Below are positions 59,227 through 64,000 of a DNA stretch of 64,000 bases, piece after piece; position 1 is the stretch's first letter; each line of letters opens with the position of its first letter. The position numbers were made by a program, and so were the translations under genes. The notes beneath the pieces are model-generated. The model had not been told where the DNA came from. It was given only the letters and a program-made list of their open reading frames with translations, and did no database searches. This stretch comes from Squalus acanthias (Eukaryota), in assembly GCA_030390025.1 (NCBI GenBank), contig CM059432.1:2356001-2420000 (forward strand), written 5' to 3'.

Positions 59227-60374
59227 AGGTAATGCATTTGGGGAGGCCTAACAAGGCAAGGGAATAAATGGTAGGACACTGAGAAAGGTAGAGGAACAGA
59301 GGGACCTTGGAGTGCATGTCCACAGATCCCTGAAGGTAGCAGGATAGGTAGATAAGGTGGTTAAGAAGGAATACGGGAATACTTTACTTTCTTAGCCGAG
59401 GCATAGAATACAAGAGCAGGGGGGTTATGCTTGAACTGTATAAAACGCTAGTTAGGCCACAGCTAGAATACTGTGTACAGTTCTGGTCACCACATTACAG
59501 GAAAGATGTGATTGCACTGGAGAGGGTACAGAGGAGATTTACAATGTTGTTGCCAGGACTGGAGAATTTTAGATATGAGGACAGATTGGATAGGCTGGGG
59601 TTGTTTTATTTCGAACAGAGGAGGCTGAGGGGAGACTTAATTGAGGTGTATAAAATTATGAGGGGCCTAGATAGAGTGGATAGGAAGGACCTATTTCCCT
59701 TAGCGGAAAGGTCAGTAACCAGGGGGACATAGATTTAATTTTAATTGGTCGAAGGATTACAGGGGAGTTGAGGAGAACCTCTTTCACCCAGAGGGTGATG
59801 GGGGTCTGGAACTCACTGCCTGAGAGGGTGGTAGAGGCAGAAACCCCCATCACATTTAAAAAGTACTTGATATGCACTTGAAGTGCCGTAACCTGCAGGG
59901 ACTACGGACCAAGAGCTGGAAAGTGGAATTAGGTTGGATTTTTCGGCCGGCACAGACACAATGGGCCGAATGGCCTCCTTCTGTGCCATAAATTTCTATG
60001 ATTCTATGATTTGAAAGAAAGACTTGCATTTCTATAGAGCCTTTCCCCACCTCAGGACATCCCAAAGCCCTTTACAGCCAATGAAGTACTTTTTGAAGCG
60101 TAGTCCGTGTTGTAATGTAGGAAACAGCCCTGCAATTTTTTTCCTTATCAAGTATTTATCTAATTCCCTTTTGAAAGTTGCCATTGAATCTGTTTCCACC
60201 GCCCTTTCACGCAGTGTATTCCTGATCATGACAACTTGTTGAGTAATAAAAGTCCTCATCTCCTCCCTGGAAAATTTCTGCTCAAGTCTCACTTGAGGCT
60301 TGCTAATTGTGTACCTTTGTCTTCTAGGCAAAGTCCAAAAAACCTGTTGACAGCTATGTTGTTATGCTTCCTAG

Positions 60375-60842
60375 CTATGGCTCAGATGGTAGCACCCTTG
60401 CTCTCAATTTGATGCCGAGAAGTTTGTGGGTTCAAGTCCTATAGCCAGTAACTGAATAGCACAAAAATCTAAGCTGACACTCCAGTGCAGTGCTGAGGGA
60501 GTGCTGCACTGTCAGAGGTGCCGTCTTTTGGATGAGACGTTAAACTGAGGCCCCGTCTGCTCTCTCAGGTGGACGTAAAAGATCCCACGGCCACTATTTC
60601 GAAGAAGAGCAGGGGAGTTCTCCCCGGTGTCCTGGGCCAATATTTATCCCTCAATCAACATTACTAAAACTGATTATCTGGTCATTATCACATTGCTGTT
60701 TGTGGGAGCTTGCTGTGCGCAAATTGGCTGCCGCGTTTCCTACATTACAACAGTGACTCCACTTCAAAGGTACTTCATTGGCTGTAAAGCGCATTGGGAC
60801 GTCCTGAGGTGGTGAAAGGCGCTGTAGAAATGGAAGTCTTTC
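60375..60842 (+). mobile_element. Deu-domain SINE, full length (short minus SINE and CR1 fragments at 60014-60260)
   Basis: Head, core and tail match the consensus. Confidence 0.88.
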
Positions 60843-61057
60843 TCAAGACCTGGATAATCTTCGATCTTCTTCTCTCCAAAGTTTAACTTCGTAAGTATCT
60901 TCTCATATGTTAGAACCCATCGCCCTGGAAACGTTAACTCTGTTTCTCTCTCCACAGATGCTGCCTGGCCTGCTGAATATTTCTAGCATTTTCTGTTTCT
61001 ATCCTGGAATCATCATTGGGGTCGATTTTAAATCCTCCTGACTGTCGGAAACCAGAC

Positions 61058-61844
61058 AGGGGCAGAGGGGAGGGAGGTGGGCGAAGCGGGGGGGCGGAGC
61101 GGGGAGGGAGGTGGGCGGAGCGGTGGGGGGGGGCAGAGGGGAGGGAGGTGGGCGGAGCGGGGGGGCGAGCGGGGGGGGAGGTGGGCGGAGCGGTGGGGGG
61201 GGGCAGAGGGGAGGGAGGTGGGCGGAGCGGGGGGGCAGAGGGGAGGGAGGTGGGCGGAGCGGGGGGGGAGGTGGGCGGAGCGGGGGGGGCAGAGGGGAGG
61301 GAGGTGGGCGGAGCTGGGGGGGGGCAGAGGGGAGGGAGGTGGGCGGAGCCGGGGGGGACGGGGCAGAGGGGAGGGAGGTGGGCGGAGCGGGGGAGGTAGA
61401 GGGGAGGGAGGTGGGCGGGGGGCAGAGGGGAGGGAGGTGGGCGGAGCGGGGGGGTAGAGGGGAGGGAGGTGGGCGGGGCAGAGGGGAGGGAGGTGGGCGG
61501 AGCGGGGGGGGTAGAGGGGAGGGAGGTGGGCGGAGCGGGGGGGCAGAGGGGAGGGAGGTGGGCGGAGCGGGGGGGGAGGTGGGCGGAGCGGGGGGGTAGA
61601 GGGGAGGGAGGTGGGCAGGGCGGGGCAGAGGGGAGGGAGGTGGGCGGAGCGGGGGGGTAGAGGGGAGGGAGGTGGGCGGAGTGGGGGGGGCAGAGGGGAG
61701 GGAGGTGGGCGGAGCGGGGGGGGTAGAGGGGAGGGAGGTGGGTGGAGCGGGGGGGGTAGAGGGGAGGGAGGTGGGCGGAGCGGGGGGGCAGAGGGGAGGG
61801 AGGTGGGCGGAGCGGGGAGGTGGGTAGAGGGGAGGGAGGTGGGT
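61058..61844. repeat. G-rich ~33-bp minisatellite GGGG(C/T)AGAGGGGAGGGAGGTGGGCGGAGC(G)n
   Basis: Directly visible; variable G-run lengths; extreme strand skew. Confidence 0.95.
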
Positions 61845-61889
61845 GCATTTAGACTGCAGCGGGGTGGAACTTACTCACTCCTTTCCGCT

Positions 61890-62473
61890 AGCCGTGACTC
61901 AGTGGGCAGCACACTCGCCTCTGAGTCAGAAGGTCGTGGGTTCAAGTCCCACTCCAGAGACTTGAGCACAAAAATCCAGGCTGACTCTGCAGTACTGAGG
62001 GAGAGCCGCACTGTCGGAGGGGCAGTACTGAGGGAGAGCCGCACTGTCGGAGGGGCAGTCCTGAGGGAGGGCCGCACTGTCGGAAGGGCAGTACTGAGGG
62101 AGTGCTGCATTGTTGGAGGGGCAGTACTGAGGGAGCGCTGCATTGTCGGAGGGGCAGTACTGAGGGAGTGCTGCATTGTTGGAGGGGCAGTACTGAGGGA
62201 GTGCCGCACTGTCGGAGGTGGACGTAAAAGATCCCATGGCACTATTTTGAAGAAGAGCAGGGGAGTTATCCCCTCAATCAACATCACTAAAAACAGATTA
62301 TTTGGTCATTTATCGCATTGCTGTTCGTGGGATCTTGCTGTGCGCAAATTGGTTGCCGTGTTTCCTACATTACAACAGTGACTCCACTTCAAAAAGTACT
62401 CCATTGGCTGTAAAGCCCTTTGGGGCATCCTAAGGTGGTGAAAGGCGCTACAGAAATGCGAGTTCTTTCTTTC
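61890..62473 (+). mobile_element. Deu-domain SINE with 7 copies of the 33-bp unit (61989-62218) and internal deletions
   Basis: Head and tail match the consensus; the array unit is the same as at 37383-38076. Confidence 0.9.
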
Positions 62474-62937
62474 TGATATATCAGTTAATGTAGTGATGCT
62501 CAGTCTTTGTCCCTGGCAGATCATTTCTTTCTCGGAGCTATATGTGCTCACAGGATCGATAGTTTTTAATTATTAATGGCTACTTATCAGTGTTCTCTGG
62601 GTGGTGATGATGGAGTTGTGGAGAAGACCTGATCCTTGTCAGCAAGTCTTTCTCCCTGTATTGAAGACATGTTGGTGATCAGTAGTAGCGAGGCATTTTC
62701 TGTCTGTGGGAACTCTCTCCCCTTTGACCTCTGTCACTTGCTGGTCTTCTGTCTACACAGTTACCTGTGGCCAACTGACCTTGTTAAGTATTTACTTCTG
62801 TTATGTCAACCTTACCTTGTCATGAAAAAGTATTTCCATGCCTCTTCACTTGTATATCCCTGAATCAAGTTCCACTAAGAGGCTGAGAATAAATCAGACA
62901 TTAAAGCATTTCCTGGATTGATTTATTATGTCTCTAG

Positions 62938-63452
62938 TGCTGTCTGGGCCCTAAGCTCTGGAATTCCCTCCTTAAACCTCTACCTCTCTCTCCTCCTTTA
63001 AGACGCTCCTTAAAACCTCCCTCTTTGACCAAGCTTTTGGTCACCTGTCCTAATATCTCCTTATGTGGCTCGGTGTCAAATTTTGTTTGATAATCGCTCC
63101 TGTGAAGCGCCTTGGGACGTTTTACTACGTTAAAGCTGCTATATAAATGTAAGTTGTTGTTCCTGGAGTAAGACATCAGTGTGATTTGGGGTCAATAACC
63201 AGGGGGCATAGTTTCAAGGTAAGGGGCAGGAGGTTTAGAGGGGATTTGAGGAATCTGGAACTCACTGCCTGAAAGGGTGGTAGAGGCAGAAACCCTCACA
63301 ACATTCAAGAAGCATTTAGATGAGCACTTGAAACGCCATAGCATACAAGGCTATGGACCAACTGCTGGAAAATGGGATTAGAATAGACAGGGCTTGATGG
63401 CCGGCGCGGACACGATGGGCCGAAGGGCCTCTTTCTGTGCTGTATAACTCTA
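62938..63452 (+). mobile_element. L2 3' end (62938-63161) and CR1 3' end (~63190-63452)
   Basis: Match to other copies in the window. Confidence 0.83.
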
Positions 63453-63453
63453 T

Positions 63454-63785
63454 GGGGTAAAAATTCACTTGGTTGCGCCTCCCGTTAGCGCCTTAAGAGG
63501 GCGCTAATGGGGCGTTAAGCTGCTAACGCCCGGGCGCAGCGATGTTTGCGCCGCTCGAGAACTTAACTTGAGATTCTGCGGCGGCGCTAAAACTTACCGC
63601 TGCGACCACCTGCGCGCGCAGATTATGACGTCATTCCATGGTGCAACGCCCTTGGGGCGCCCCGGAGCGGAAATTGAGTGGCGCCCCCTGCCTTACCGCC
63701 TGGCGCTTCCAACGACCGGAAGACTGGAACGCTATCAATCGGTGTGGGGCTGGGGGGGGCGCTATTTAAAGGGGGCCTCTTCCTG
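63454..63785. mobile_element. Probable left end of a GC-rich Harbinger-like DNA element
   Basis: Starts GGGGTAAAAATT right after TAT in a CR1 tail; CpG-rich subterminus with GGCGCTAA/TTAGCGCC inverted motifs; other end not seen. Confidence 0.45.
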
Positions 63786-64000
63786 TCTTTTTCTGTGGTC
63801 GACATTTATGCACCACTCGTTCTGAGAGAGAGAGAGAGATTCGGAGAGAGAGAGAGAGAGAGACTTCTACATTGACTCAACGCTTTGTGAGGTAGTTTTG
63901 CCTATTCATCCTAACTTTGTTGCTACTTTAGTTGCTGTACCTCATTACTTTTCTGGCAAAGAGAATATGGGGGCTGCACTGATTGGGGGCGTCGTCCTGC

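Larger units (their letters stand above)
58482..60010 (+). mobile_element. CR1 RT C-terminal fragment interrupted by a Penelope element
   Basis: FADDTK..LQEDINGLVRWSEKWQMEFNPEKCEVM|HLG continues at 59227; LVRPQLEYCVQFWSP. Confidence 0.9.

Noticed and set aside
60934..62381. Pro-rich and Gly-rich ORFs
   Set aside because: Read-through of the G-rich minisatellite and the SINE array.

Overview
This is a eukaryotic, repeat-saturated, apparently non-genic window (intergenic or deep intron). The repeat families point to a cartilaginous fish, most likely a shark: CR1/HER1-type LINEs, a HE1-like V-SINE and SacSINE1-like Deu-domain SINEs. That assignment rests on my recall of the families, not on a search. 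I cannot support any host protein-coding exon. Nearly all ORFs in the track are transposon remnants or read-through of tandem repeats. Main contents: a full-length but decayed CR1 LINE (11410-16106); a young 5'-truncated CR1 inserted in a GT-rich satellite (43064-45488); a complete Ty3/Gypsy LTR retrotransposon with both LTRs and a 5-bp TSD (50478-54878, minus); a long RTE LINE fragment; L2 and other CR1-group fragments; several Penelope-like remnants carrying minimal hammerhead ribozymes; hAT-type and Harbinger-like non-autonomous DNA elements; a tRNA-Ala(AGC) pseudogene; minisatellites that sit inside TEs; and a 200-N gap. The most notable observations are four. (1) The Gypsy element has no tRNA primer-binding site; a 12-nt sequence complementary to its own LTR, overlapping the poly(A) signal, sits there instead, suggesting self-priming. 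(2) Several Penelope copies carry intact minimal hammerhead cores, one inside a TSD-bounded inverted-repeat insertion. (3) A ~380-bp unique, CpG-rich segment is copied 16.5 kb away into the middle of an L2 tail, apparently by templated repair. (4) Minisatellites arose repeatedly inside SINE and MITE copies. I see no evidence for a wholly new multi-gene system. Boundaries of small TE fragments are approximate and were read by eye.
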